Below, in pieces: positions 36,277 to 45,294 of a DNA stretch of 64,000 bases; within the stretch, counting starts at the first letter, position 1, and each line of letters opens with the position of its first letter. The DNA lies in NCBI GenBank assembly GCA_017609985.1, contig JAFCCW010000001.1, positions 96,001-160,000 of the forward strand. Reading direction: 5' to 3'. Made by a program: the position numbers and the translations under genes. The notes below the pieces were generated by a model. It worked only from the letters and a program-made list of their open reading frames with translations, was not told the DNA's origin and did not search any database. The stretch is from Candidatus Iainarchaeum sp. (GTDB lineage Archaea > Iainarchaeota > Iainarchaeia > Iainarchaeales > JAFCCW01).

Positions 36277-37378
36277 GCATAATCTTTGTAAGCCCAGGAT
36301 ACTTTATGAGCTTTTTTCCAACAATCTTTGCGCTCTCAATTAGCTCGCCCTCTGCAATCTTCAACACATCATCCCCGGTTAAACTGTTAACAAGTGTTTC
36401 AAGATTTTCATCACTCAATGATTCAAACAGATGACGTCTCTTAAGAATGCTCTTTAATTGGTTTCCGCGCTTTTCATACCAAATCGGATTGTATTTCTGC
36501 AAAAACTTGTGAGAATAGTCTCCTGCATTGTGAGCCCCAATAGCAATATCTGAAGCAATCCTTGCCCCCTCCATTGCAAGACCAATGCCGCCTCCGTGAA
36601 TTGGATTAACATGGTGAGCAGCATCTCCTGCTACAAGCAGGTTATCGGCAGTCATATCGTCAAGGAAACCACCTACTGGCACTGCCCCAGCATTAACCTC
36701 AACAATGCTTCCCTGCTTTAATCCAGGGTGGGATTCCACAAACTTGTCAAGATAACTCTTTGCCGTGCCCTCGGTTGTTCCATCTTCTCCAAAAAACAAG
36801 TTAATTAAGTCATCTCCCTCGTAGTCAATTCCAGCCATTTCATACTGGTAACCAGAGTCAATATCGTTAAGCTTGTTAACAGTATTCAAGCCAAGCATTC
36901 TAGCAGTTTGCGTTTCCACTCCATCGCATGCTAAAACAAGAGGAGCAGAATACTCTTCTTCATCTCCCCTGACGCCTGCTTCTATTTTCACTTTTCCATT
37001 TTCTCGGACAGCAGAAGTTACTGGATGCTTTACTCTAATTTTTGCACCAGCATTCACTGCCTGCTTTGCAAGCTCTTTTTCAAAAACACGCCTTTCAAGA
37101 ACATAGCCGGCTGTTTTACCAAATCTTAGCTCTAGCTTTTTTCCGCTCGGAGCATAAAGAGCAGCGCCCTCTATTTCCCGAACAGCCCATCTCTTATCCG
37201 GCTTGATGCCAAGCCTTTCAAACCAGCCTCCGCCAAGACCCTCAGCACACCTCTTTGGTACACCAATCTCCTGCTTTTTCTCAAGGCAAATCACATTCAT
37301 CTTTGCCTCAGCAAGCTTTCTAGCAGCAGCTAAACCAGCTGGACCAGCACCAACAATTATTGCGTCAAATTCCTGCAT
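36260..37378 (-). CDS. Geranylgeranyl reductase family protein with an internal in-frame deletion
   Basis: GAGPAG, IG.PKRCAEG, GDAAHHVNPIHGGGI; the PxGYxWxFP..ANVG block is absent. Confidence 0.85.
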   Translation of the reverse strand: MQEFDAIIVGAGPAGLAAARKLAEAKMNVICLEKKQEIGVPKRCAEGLGGGWFERLGIKPDKRWAVREIEGAALYAPSGKKLELRFGKTAGYVLERRVFEKELAKQAVNAGAKIRVKHPVTSAVRENGKVKIEAGVRGDEEEYSAPLVLACDGVETQTARMLGLNTVNKLNDIDSGYQYEMAGIDYEGDDLINLFFGEDGTTEGTAKSYLDKFVESHPGLKQGSIVEVNAGAVPVGGFLDDMTADNLLVAGDAAHHVNPIHGGGIGLAMEGARIASDIAIGAHNAGDYSHKFLQKYNPIWYEKRGNQLKSILKRRHLFESLSDENLETLVNSLTGDDVLKIAEGELIESAKIVGKKLIKYPGLTKIMLKYLK

Positions 37379-37441
37379 TTAAGTCCCCATTTCTCTTCTA
37401 AGTCTTTCTTTTCTTTTTGGATTTTTTTTAGGTCTAGGCAT
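37379..37441 (-). CDS. Putative 20-aa basic micropeptide MPRPKKNPKRKERLRREMGT
   Basis: GGAGTGA SD; its stop abuts the GGR start codon. Confidence 0.4.
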   Translation of the reverse strand: MPRPKKNPKRKERLRREMGT

Positions 37442-37445
37442 TCAA

Positions 37446-37625
37446 TCACTCCTTCTCCAGTTTCATCGCCCCAACAGGGCAGATTTTAACACAAGCACCG
37501 CAATTAATGCACTTGCTTTCATCAATCACAATTCTTGTTTCTTCAAGTGTTATTGCTCCAGCAGGGCATACTCCAACGCAACCACCGCAGTAACAGCATT
37601 TTTCTGAATCATTTTTTGCAGGCAT
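37446..37625 (-). CDS. 2x[4Fe-4S] ferredoxin (probable GGR electron donor)
   Basis: CCYCGGCVGVCP and CINCGACVKICP. Confidence 0.93.
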   Translation of the reverse strand: MPAKNDSEKCCYCGGCVGVCPAGAITLEETRIVIDESKCINCGACVKICPVGAMKLEKE

Positions 37626-37667
37626 AGGAAAGGTAAATATAATAATCTTTAAAACTAAATGTTTTTT

Positions 37668-38692
37668 ATGGCTGTAATAAAACTGAGAAGAAAAGGCAAA
37701 ACACCGGTTCCAATCAAAGGACATTGCACTCTTTCCCAGCTTGTTTCTGCAGCAAGAGAACACAGACCAGATATTTCTAAATCAACAGTGCATTCAAGAA
37801 TAACTAATGGAAGATTTAGTTTGGTTAAAGCTGAAATGAGGGACAGCGGACAAAAAGTACTGCTTATTCCTGTTCCTGAAGCAAGGAGATTTCTAACCTT
37901 AATTGCAAACGAGAGCAAAGCAAGAATTTATTATATTCTGCTCCACAGGTTGCAAAAATGCTTGGGCTAAAGCCAATCACGCTTAGAACAAGTTCCAACA
38001 GGTCAGAAATAGGCCATGTTATAAGAGGCGAAAAATTCTATACTGAACGCGATATTGCAGAAATCAGAAAAACATTCATGGCCAAGCAAAGAAGACAGGC
38101 TGAAAAAGAGCTTGTTGGAGTTAAAGAAATTGCGGAAAAGAGCGGAGTAACTGAAAGAAGCATAAGAAATTGGGTTCAAAACGGTTCAATTCAAGTAAAT
38201 GGGGAAAGAATTCCAGTTACAACTCCTTTCATACAGTTTGGAGGAGAATATTTTTTTCCCAAACGCTGGAAAGAATTATCCCCTGCTGAACTTAAATCAA
38301 GACTTAAAGTAAGAATTCCAAAATCAAGGCTTCAAAAAGCTGAAAAAATTTCAGAGCTTATTGCTCAAGCAAAAATTCCGCTCACACACCCTAATCCAGA
38401 GATTTTTGCAGCAGACCCTGATCTGGTTTTAAGAGTTCTTGAAGAAGTAACCAATAATCAATCATACAAAAATGCAAAACCAGCTCTTGCCAGATTTCTT
38501 CAGACTGCAGACCCACATGAAATAGAAATTGTTTTGCGCGAGGGGGTAAAAAAACCAGCGCCAGAATTTAGTGTTTTACTCTGGGCGTTCTCAAATTCAA
38601 ATCTTACTTTAGCTAACCAAAGAATACTGTTGGAAAAATTGAAAAGAAATGAAGATGTGGATATCAGAAAATATGTTCTGGATAATATTTAG
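37668..38692 (+). pseudogene. Multi-HTH (Xis/MerR-like) protein split by a frameshift near 37925
   Basis: The second frame reads YSAPQVAKMLGLKPITLR upstream of its annotated start; two further HTH-like motifs. Confidence 0.6.
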
Positions 38693-38727
38693 TAATAAAT
38701 AAGTCTTTTTCGGAAGCAGATAATTCC

Positions 38728-38946
38728 ATGTGCCTTGCAGTTCCGGGAAAAGTAATTTCTGTTTCAGAAAAAGAAGCAGTTGTAGACTATGGGCGAGAGC
38801 AAAGAAAAGTCAAGATTGCTGCTTCTAATTTTTCAAAAGGAGATTATGTCCTAGTCCAACAGGGCTTTGTTGTAGCAAAAGTTGAAGAAAGCGAAGCACT
38901 GGAAATGATTCAGGCATGGGAAGAAACAGGTTGCGAAATTCCATAA
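38728..38946 (+). CDS. hypC: HypC/HybG/HupF hydrogenase chaperone (conserved His replaced by Gln)
   Basis: MCLAVPGKV..GDYVLVQQGF. Confidence 0.9.
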   Translation: MCLAVPGKVISVSEKEAVVDYGREQRKVKIAASNFSKGDYVLVQQGFVVAKVEESEALEMIQAWEETGCEIP

Positions 38947-38987
38947 CAAGCCAAGTCTTTTCATAACAAATTATTCAATTTAGTTAT

Positions 38988-39305
38988 TCAACTAATTTCT
39001 TTTTCCAGCTTTTTTATCTCTGCTTCGATTCTTCTTTCTTCATCTGGAGAAAAAGCAGAACCTAATTTTTCTTCAAGTTCTTGAATTCTTTGAATAACTT
39101 TCTCACCACTAGTTTTTTTTCTTAATTCTGCAAGTCTTTCACCAAGCTCTTCTCTTCGTTCAGCTGCCATTCTTGAAGCAATTTCAAATCGCGTGCTTGG
39201 TCTGTCTGGCGCGATAGGCGGAGCTGGTCTTGGAAACTCAAGTTTTTCAGGTTTGGCAGGTTTTCTTTCCAACATTCTTCTGAACACGTCTCTAATTCTT
39301 CTCAT
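38988..39305 (-). CDS. Hypothetical basic/coiled-coil orphan protein
   Basis: GAGG SD; Arg/Pro-rich N-terminus. Confidence 0.6.
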   Translation of the reverse strand: MRRIRDVFRRMLERKPAKPEKLEFPRPAPPIAPDRPSTRFEIASRMAAERREELGERLAELRKKTSGEKVIQRIQELEEKLGSAFSPDEERRIEAEIKKLEKEIS

Positions 39306-39315
39306 TTAATCGCCT

Positions 39316-40023
39316 CTATTTATTTACTGCTTCAAGATTTTTAAGAGTATATTTTTTCATTTCAGTGAACTCGTCTTTTGAAAGAATTTGCACTGCCTGT
39401 TTCCAGTGAACGGAAACAAGATCTCGCTCTCCTGCATCTAGTTTGTAAGGATTTTCAACTGTCTTAATCTTTTCTCTCATATTTAAGTCTCTTCCGTTCT
39501 TGAACAACTCAATTCCCTTAACTTTCAATCCCTTTATTGTAACATCCTTTACTTCTCCCCACTGCACTAGGCACTCTGAAAGATTTTTCACGATTGAAGA
39601 GAGTTCCCTATTCAAGAAATTTATGTGCAGTACATGAAACGAGTGGTGTGGAGTCATTCCCTCTTTGACTGCTGCTGCTTTTTCTTCTGCAATTTTTTTT
39701 GGAAGAAATCCTTTTCCAAGAAAATCCTTTAAAACAAGCCTTTGAAGGTCTCTTTTCTCCACCTGCTCAAGCAAACTGTTTCCAATCCAGTAAGCCTCTA
39801 AAACCTCTGAATCAAATGCACTTAATCCATTCTTGTTAGCAATCATGTTCAAGTAAGGCATTAGTGCGTGAAATTGCTCAAGAGCAGTTTTCACTTTTTC
39901 TTTGTCTGCATCTTCTGGACTATCAATGCATTCTTTAAGCAACGCAGAACAGTCTTGTGGTCCACAGTAGCCAAGCTTGTTTGGAGGCAAAGAATATCTG
40001 CAAACTAGTTCAAGAGAGTTCAT
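39316..40023 (-). CDS. DUF6390-like protein with a HypC-like C-terminal domain
   Basis: YSLPPN.LGYCGP, EAYWIGN, PHHSFHV, C.V.WG.V, VSVHW; family name recalled, not searched. Confidence 0.75.
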   Translation of the reverse strand: MNSLELVCRYSLPPNKLGYCGPQDCSALLKECIDSPEDADKEKVKTALEQFHALMPYLNMIANKNGLSAFDSEVLEAYWIGNSLLEQVEKRDLQRLVLKDFLGKGFLPKKIAEEKAAAVKEGMTPHHSFHVLHINFLNRELSSIVKNLSECLVQWGEVKDVTIKGLKVKGIELFKNGRDLNMREKIKTVENPYKLDAGERDLVSVHWKQAVQILSKDEFTEMKKYTLKNLEAVNK

Positions 40024-40947
40024 CTAAAAAGAGTGCTTGGAAGTGCTTAAATTCTTTGTTCTAATTCGTTCAAGAACACAACCTGCTCCAGCAATCACTG
40101 CAATTCCAGCAATCAATAATCCAAATCCAATTCCCTGCTCAACTGAAACAGGTTTTCCAACAAAAACAAAATTAAGCAAAGCTGTTATTGGAAGTCCAAG
40201 AAGCAAAATGCTAGAAGCAACTGAAGCAGGCAGTCTCTTAAGCCCAGCATAATAACTTGCAACATACAAGAACAAAAGAAGCGAACCCGCAAAAACCCAG
40301 GCAATGTTTTCAAAGCCAAGGCTTGCAATTCCTGCAATCTCTCCTGTCATTGAAAGCCAGGCAAGAATAAATCCTGCTCCAAAAAACATTCTTCCAAATG
40401 CAACAATTCTGCTGTTCAACTCTTTTAGCAGGCTCTTACTTAACACTGTTTCAGAAGCCCACAAAAGAGTAGCAACTAATATCATTGAATCGGCAAAGGC
40501 AAAAGAGGAAATATTTATCCCAAAAAGAAGCACAATTCCGGCAAGAAGCAATCCTGCTCCAACCGCTACTTGCTTGTTAATTTTTTCCCTGAGAAAGAAA
40601 ACAGCAAAGAGTGAAACCCAAACAAAAAGAGTTTTGTGAATAAAAGCAGCATTGACTGCACTTGTAATTTTCAAAGCATTAAAGAATAGCAGAAAAGGAA
40701 TGCTCCCTCCAATTAAGCCAACTCCAACAAGCTTTGCCCACTGCTTTTTTGAAAGCGCTTTAAGGGCGGAAACTTCCCTGAAAAGAACAATTGCTGAAAT
40801 CAGGAAAACTGCTACTGCGCTGTTCTTCAGCAAAGCAAACAAGCTTGCATTAACTCCTGCAATCGCGAAGCTGTTCAAGAAAATAGAGAAACCGCTGACA
40901 AGAGCAGTAAACAATACAAGAAGTAATCCTGTTCTGTTTAATTTCAT
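40024..40947 (-). CDS. EamA/DMT family transporter
   Basis: About ten TM segments in two EamA repeats; GGSIPFLLFF, FIHKTLF..LREK. Confidence 0.88.
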   Translation of the reverse strand: MKLNRTGLLLVLFTALVSGFSIFLNSFAIAGVNASLFALLKNSAVAVFLISAIVLFREVSALKALSKKQWAKLVGVGLIGGSIPFLLFFNALKITSAVNAAFIHKTLFVWVSLFAVFFLREKINKQVAVGAGLLLAGIVLLFGINISSFAFADSMILVATLLWASETVLSKSLLKELNSRIVAFGRMFFGAGFILAWLSMTGEIAGIASLGFENIAWVFAGSLLLFLYVASYYAGLKRLPASVASSILLLGLPITALLNFVFVGKPVSVEQGIGFGLLIAGIAVIAGAGCVLERIRTKNLSTSKHSF

Positions 40948-40999
40948 AGAAAACTTTTCTCCACAAAACCATTTAAAGCTTTTGCAGGAAAATTTCATA

Positions 41000-41326
41000 A
41001 TGAAAGCAGGAATTGAAGATATTTTTGAAAAACTCAAAAAGCTCAAAGAACAGAACGCGCACTTCTCTGTTCTCTCAGCTTATCAAGAAGAAGACGGATT
41101 TGTGCTAAACTATTCTCTGCTCAACGAAAAAAACAAGCCAATTGAAGTAGAGCTTAAAATAACAGAAAAAGAAATAGTTCCAAGCGTTCACGAACTCTTT
41201 CCTGGAGCAGCACTATACGAAACAGAAGCACATGAAATGCTTGGAGTAAAATTTGACAAGCTCCAGCGCGCAAAACTGTTTTTGCCTGATTCAGCTCCAA
41301 AGCACCTGTGTCCTTTGAAGAAGTGA
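41000..41326 (+). CDS. Group 4 hydrogenase subunit, NuoC/EchD/MbhK-like
   Basis: VPSV..LFPGA.LYE.E.HEMLGVKF, LFLPD. Confidence 0.85.
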   Translation: MKAGIEDIFEKLKKLKEQNAHFSVLSAYQEEDGFVLNYSLLNEKNKPIEVELKITEKEIVPSVHELFPGAALYETEAHEMLGVKFDKLQRAKLFLPDSAPKHLCPLKK

Positions 41327-41427
41327 AACCACAACAGGTGTTAACCTCATCATCGCCTATAGAGATGTATAGAGATTATATACTTTAAAGTTATGCGTTC
41401 TTGCTAGGGGTCAGGAAAATAACTTCT

Positions 41428-42153
41428 TTATTTCCAAAGCCAGCCCAATAATCCTTTGCTTTGCTTTTCTGCCTGCGCCAGTTGCTGCAGTCTGTTTTGC
41501 TCTTGTTCAATGTTTTGTATTTGTTCCTGCATTGTTGTCCTTACTGGTTCATCACAACTGCATTGTTCCTTTAGCTGTTTCAAGGTTTGTATTCTTTCCC
41601 TGTTTGTGTTTACCTCTTGTTCAATTTCTCCAGCTGCTTCTTCATCTCCACCGAACAAAAAACGCATGAACCAGTTTCTTTCCTGTACCTTTTCCTCGGC
41701 TCTTACTGTTGTTTGAACAGAATTATTGAAATCTCTTGCAATTTCCCTGACTTGGGGTCCGATTCTCCCAACAAGGTCTTCCATTACAATCAGGGAGTGA
41801 ACTGCTAACCTTACTTTGTTTTGGTTTTGATAAATATTTTGTTGGCCTGTCTCAAGTCCCTGAAGCTCTTGGTTCATTTGCTGTTGCCTTTGCTGCATCA
41901 TCTGACCTAATTCTGCCGAATTGCTGGCTCTCACTTGCTCTCTTTGTTGAATCGTTATTGTTTGTTTATCGCCATTGTTTTGTGTTTTCTGCTGTATTTG
42001 TTGCCCTTGGTCAGTTCCCTGGCCTGGCTGGTTCACATCAGCACCGATTCCTTTTTCCCCGTTGGACATGCCCTGGCTTTCTGCAAAAACGCAAGTGCTT
42101 GCGAAAAATAGTACAACCAACACCAATAAACTAACACTAATCGTTTTTTTCAT
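41428..42153 (-). CDS. Secreted Gln-rich coiled-coil protein
   Basis: N-terminal signal peptide; Q-rich helices; ends KGLLGWLWK. Confidence 0.75.
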   Translation of the reverse strand: MKKTISVSLLVLVVLFFASTCVFAESQGMSNGEKGIGADVNQPGQGTDQGQQIQQKTQNNGDKQTITIQQREQVRASNSAELGQMMQQRQQQMNQELQGLETGQQNIYQNQNKVRLAVHSLIVMEDLVGRIGPQVREIARDFNNSVQTTVRAEEKVQERNWFMRFLFGGDEEAAGEIEQEVNTNRERIQTLKQLKEQCSCDEPVRTTMQEQIQNIEQEQNRLQQLAQAEKQSKGLLGWLWK

Positions 42154-42166
42154 TCACTTCACTCAT

Positions 42167-42196
42167 TACCATAATTGTCTGTACCATAATTGTCTG
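42167..42196. repeat. 15-bp tandem duplication TACCATAATTGTCTG
   Basis: Two adjacent identical copies. Confidence 0.8.
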
Positions 42197-42246
42197 TAAT
42201 AAAGTAGTGCTTCATCCTTTTTAAATCTTATAGTTTTAGTGCTTGT

Positions 42247-42947
42247 TTAGATGAATGAAGCTATCAAATAGTACAATCCAGCGAGAATGAATATTATTGC
42301 AGCTATTTTCCTGAATCATTTTTCAAAGGTTTGGATTTTGCCGATTACTGTTCCGAGCTTTGTCGCACTGTACACCAAGATAAAAGAGAAGATTAGTACT
42401 GGGAGCCCTGTTGCAAATCCGAATACTGCGGGGAGTACAATCCAGTCTCCTGCTTGCAGTGCTATGGGTATGAACATTCCGAAGAACAGGACTGCACTGA
42501 AGGGGCAGAAAGCCAATGCAAAGATGGCTCCTAAAAGGAAGCTTCCAATAAATCCTTTGTTCGCAAGGTCCTCTTTCAGTTTGTTTAGCCTGTCACTCCC
42601 TTTAAAGAAATTGAATTTGATGACGTCAAGCATTATTATTCCAACTATTAGATTATTATTCCAACTATTAAAAGCAGTGGCCCGAGAGCTTTTTCGCTGT
42701 ATTTTTGCAGGAACAGGGCAATGCTTTGGGTGTTTGTTCCAAACCAGATTATTAGGGCTGCAAGCAGAATGTATGTCGCCATTCTGCCTAAAGTGTATAA
42801 GGTTCCGACAAGAAGCGTTTGCTGTTTCCTATTCGTTTTGAAGTGTAAGCAATGGCTGTTATGTTTGTTGTTAGGGGGCACTGGGCTTATTGCTGTCATC
42901 AAGCCTATGAAGAATGTCGCGATTATGGGAATGTTGCTTGTTCCCAT
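42247..42947 (-). pseudogene. ArsG-like (DsbD/CcdA-type) membrane protein pseudogene
   Basis: GLMTAISP then frameshift; 20-bp tandem duplication at 42632-42670; LAFCPFSAVLFFG; in-frame TGA at 42316-42318. Confidence 0.75.
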
Positions 42948-42974
42948 GGCTTCATGAATGCCATTAAATCCATT

Positions 42975-43555
42975 TTAACTCAAGTCTCCTGCTAGTTTCT
43001 TTTCGATAACTCTCTTCAAATAATTTAGGTAATCCTGCTTGTTTCCTATTTTGTACCATACGCTAGTGTTTTGTTCTTTTTTGAATTTTCCGTCTGAAGT
43101 GTATGTTCCTATCCAGAGTGATGAGCCTGTTGCCTCGTGTTTTTTGACAAGGTTCTGGTTTTCAGGCAATTCTGCATTAATGTGGCCAAAGATTATTTTG
43201 CCTGATGCTAATTGTCTGCAAAGAAGGTGTTAAGCGTTTCCTCTGCGTAGGCTCCAACAGTAATGCATGAATAGCATTGGTTTGTTCCATGAAAATGGTA
43301 GACTTCTATCTTTTCAATGTTCTCAGATTCTTTTAGTGTTTCTGTTTGTTCGATTGGTGACAAATTGCATGTATCTGAGTCGGTACAATCTTCCGCTGCA
43401 TTAGGGCTTGTGTTTGCATTGCCTACGCAACCTGAAAAAGCAACTGCCAAAATCAGGGCAATTGCAATCGCCCATTTTCCTAATGCATTTTTCTTTTGCC
43501 ATAAGCTGATTGTGTTTTTGCCAGCGTCTTTTTCTTTTGTAATTCTCTTGTGCAT
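42975..43555 (-). pseudogene. ArsF-like thioredoxin-fold lipoprotein pseudogene
   Basis: Lipobox FSGC, VYHFHGTNQCYSC; frameshift near 43210 splits it into two ORFs. Confidence 0.7.
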
Positions 43556-43578
43556 TTTCTGCCCTCCAATAACCTGTT

Positions 43579-43809
43579 TTATTGCAACATTTTTTTTATT
43601 TCTTCAACGTCTGCCACTTTGCCAGAGCTCTTTATCTCGCCGTCAATGGCTAAGGCGGGTGTTGCCATTACTCCTGCTTCAATTATTTTGTTTATGTCCG
43701 TGACTTTTTCTATTTCCGCTTTTTTTCCAGTTTCTTCCAAAGCTTTTTTTACGTTTGCTTCAAGTTGCTTGCATTTCGGGCAACCGGTTCCCAATATTTC
43801 TATTTTCAT
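43579..43809 (-). CDS. Small redox-active disulfide protein (MTH895/TM0996 family)
   Basis: ILGTGCPKC, GVMATPALAIDG. Confidence 0.92.
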   Translation of the reverse strand: MKIEILGTGCPKCKQLEANVKKALEETGKKAEIEKVTDINKIIEAGVMATPALAIDGEIKSSGKVADVEEIKKMLQ

Positions 43810-43820
43810 TTAATTCCTCC

Positions 43821-44906
43821 TTAAATCATTCCAAAAATTAATCCTGCAACAGAAGAATAAATCACAACTATTGTAATGTAAGCAATTGTTTTTTTGTTTC
43901 CGAGAACGCTCCTTATAACGAGAATTGCAGGCAGGCTCAATGATGGGCCTGCAAGCAATAATGCAAGTGCCGGGCCCTGGTTCATTCCCTTTGCAATAAG
44001 CGCCTGCATTATTGGCACTTCGGTCAGTGTTGAAAAGTACATGAATGCCCCGAATACTGATGCCAACAGATTTGCTTGGATTGTGTTTGAGCCGACCCAT
44101 TGGATTATAATCTGTTCCGGAATGAGGGGCATTATGAACCCAACAACAAAAACGCCGATGAACAAATAAGGAATTAACAGTTTGCTTATGCTCCAGGTTT
44201 CTGAAAGCCATTCGTTTCTTGTTTTGGTTTTGAATTTCAACAAAACAATTGCTATAGTAATCAATGCTAGGAAACCCATTATTGTCCATTTTATTGTTGA
44301 ATCAATTTGCAGGCCGTTCACTATGAGGATTCCAACCATTGTAGCAAAGAACAAGCCCATAAAAGTTTTTGAGATTTTTTGTTCGGTTTCTTCTTCTATT
44401 GCAATTTCTTGTTTTGCGTTTTTTTCCCTGAAAAGAAAGGCCATTGTCAGGCCAACAAGCCCTGCTAAAGCAATTGCTGAAATCGCTCTTGCCAATCCAA
44501 TTTTGAATCCCAGAACGCTTGCAGTAAGAAAGATTGCTGCAATGTTTATTGCTGGGCCGGAGTAAAGGAATGCTATTGCTGGCCCAAGCCCTGCACCTCT
44601 TTTATAAATTCCTGCGAATAATGGGAGAATCGTGCAGCTGCAAACAGCAAGAACAGCTCCAGAAACAGATGCAATCGGGTAGGAAACATATGGTTTTGCT
44701 TTTCCACCCAGATATTTCAGAACAGCCTGTTTTTTTACAAAAATTGTGATAGCTCCTGCGATAAAGAATGCTGGAACAAGGCAGGTTAGCACGTGCTGTG
44801 TTGCGTACTCGTGCAGTAATGCAAAACCACTTAGCAGTGCATTATTCAGCCACTGGCTTTCAATCGGCATGAAGTAGAATGCAAAGAAAACTGATACAAT
44901 AATCAA
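43821..44906 (-). CDS. arsP: ArsP/DUF318 permease
   Basis: CLVPAFFIAGA, AVCSCTILPLFAG, GPAINI, MYFSTLTEVP, GPSLSLP. Confidence 0.9.
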   Translation of the reverse strand: MIIVSVFFAFYFMPIESQWLNNALLSGFALLHEYATQHVLTCLVPAFFIAGAITIFVKKQAVLKYLGGKAKPYVSYPIASVSGAVLAVCSCTILPLFAGIYKRGAGLGPAIAFLYSGPAINIAAIFLTASVLGFKIGLARAISAIALAGLVGLTMAFLFREKNAKQEIAIEEETEQKISKTFMGLFFATMVGILIVNGLQIDSTIKWTIMGFLALITIAIVLLKFKTKTRNEWLSETWSISKLLIPYLFIGVFVVGFIMPLIPEQIIIQWVGSNTIQANLLASVFGAFMYFSTLTEVPIMQALIAKGMNQGPALALLLAGPSLSLPAILVIRSVLGNKKTIAYITIVVIYSSVAGLIFGMI

Positions 44907-44932
44907 AAAAATATTTTTTTCTTTTATTTATA

Positions 44933-45241
44933 TCACCTTTTTTTGTACTGCTTGCCGCACGTTTTTTTAATGCAGGATTTTGTGCAATCCAAGGAGTTAA
45001 GGACACCGCAAACTACAGGGTTTGAAATACTGTAAATAACTTTTTTCCCATTTCTTTCGTGCTTTATTATTCCTGCTTTTTCAAGTTTTGCCAGGTGAAT
45101 TGAAACAGTTGACTGAGTTCTTTTAACATGTGGGAAAATTTGGCATACACATCTTTCTCCATCTAAAAGCAGTCTAACTATTTCAAGTCTTGTTTTATCA
45201 GAAAGAGCCTTTAAAATTTTTAAGGTATTATCTTCACCCAT
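44933..45241 (-). CDS. arsR: ArsR/SmtB transcriptional repressor
   Basis: LKALSDKTRLEI, ERCVC, QSTVSIHLAKL. Confidence 0.92.
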   Translation of the reverse strand: MGEDNTLKILKALSDKTRLEIVRLLLDGERCVCQIFPHVKRTQSTVSIHLAKLEKAGIIKHERNGKKVIYSISNPVVCGVLNSLDCTKSCIKKTCGKQYKKR

Positions 45242-45246
45242 AAAAC

Positions 45247-45294
45247 ATATTGGTGAACATCAATATTTAAAAACATATTGGCGTGTTCCAATAT
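45247..45294. promoter_or_regulatory. Two tandem palindromic operators flanking the arsR TATA box
   Basis: ATATTG-N8-CAATAT (45247-45266) and ATATTGG-N6-CCAATAT (45275-45294); minus-strand TTTTAAATA between them. Confidence 0.7.

Noticed and set aside
40652-40999. Long N-terminal extension of the NuoC-like ORF given in the track
   Set aside because: It overlaps the EamA gene on the opposite strand; homology-like sequence starts at ATG 41000
42316-42318. TGA recoded as Trp or Sec in the arsG-like gene
   Set aside because: The same gene has frameshifts and a duplication, and TGA ends many intact genes in the window
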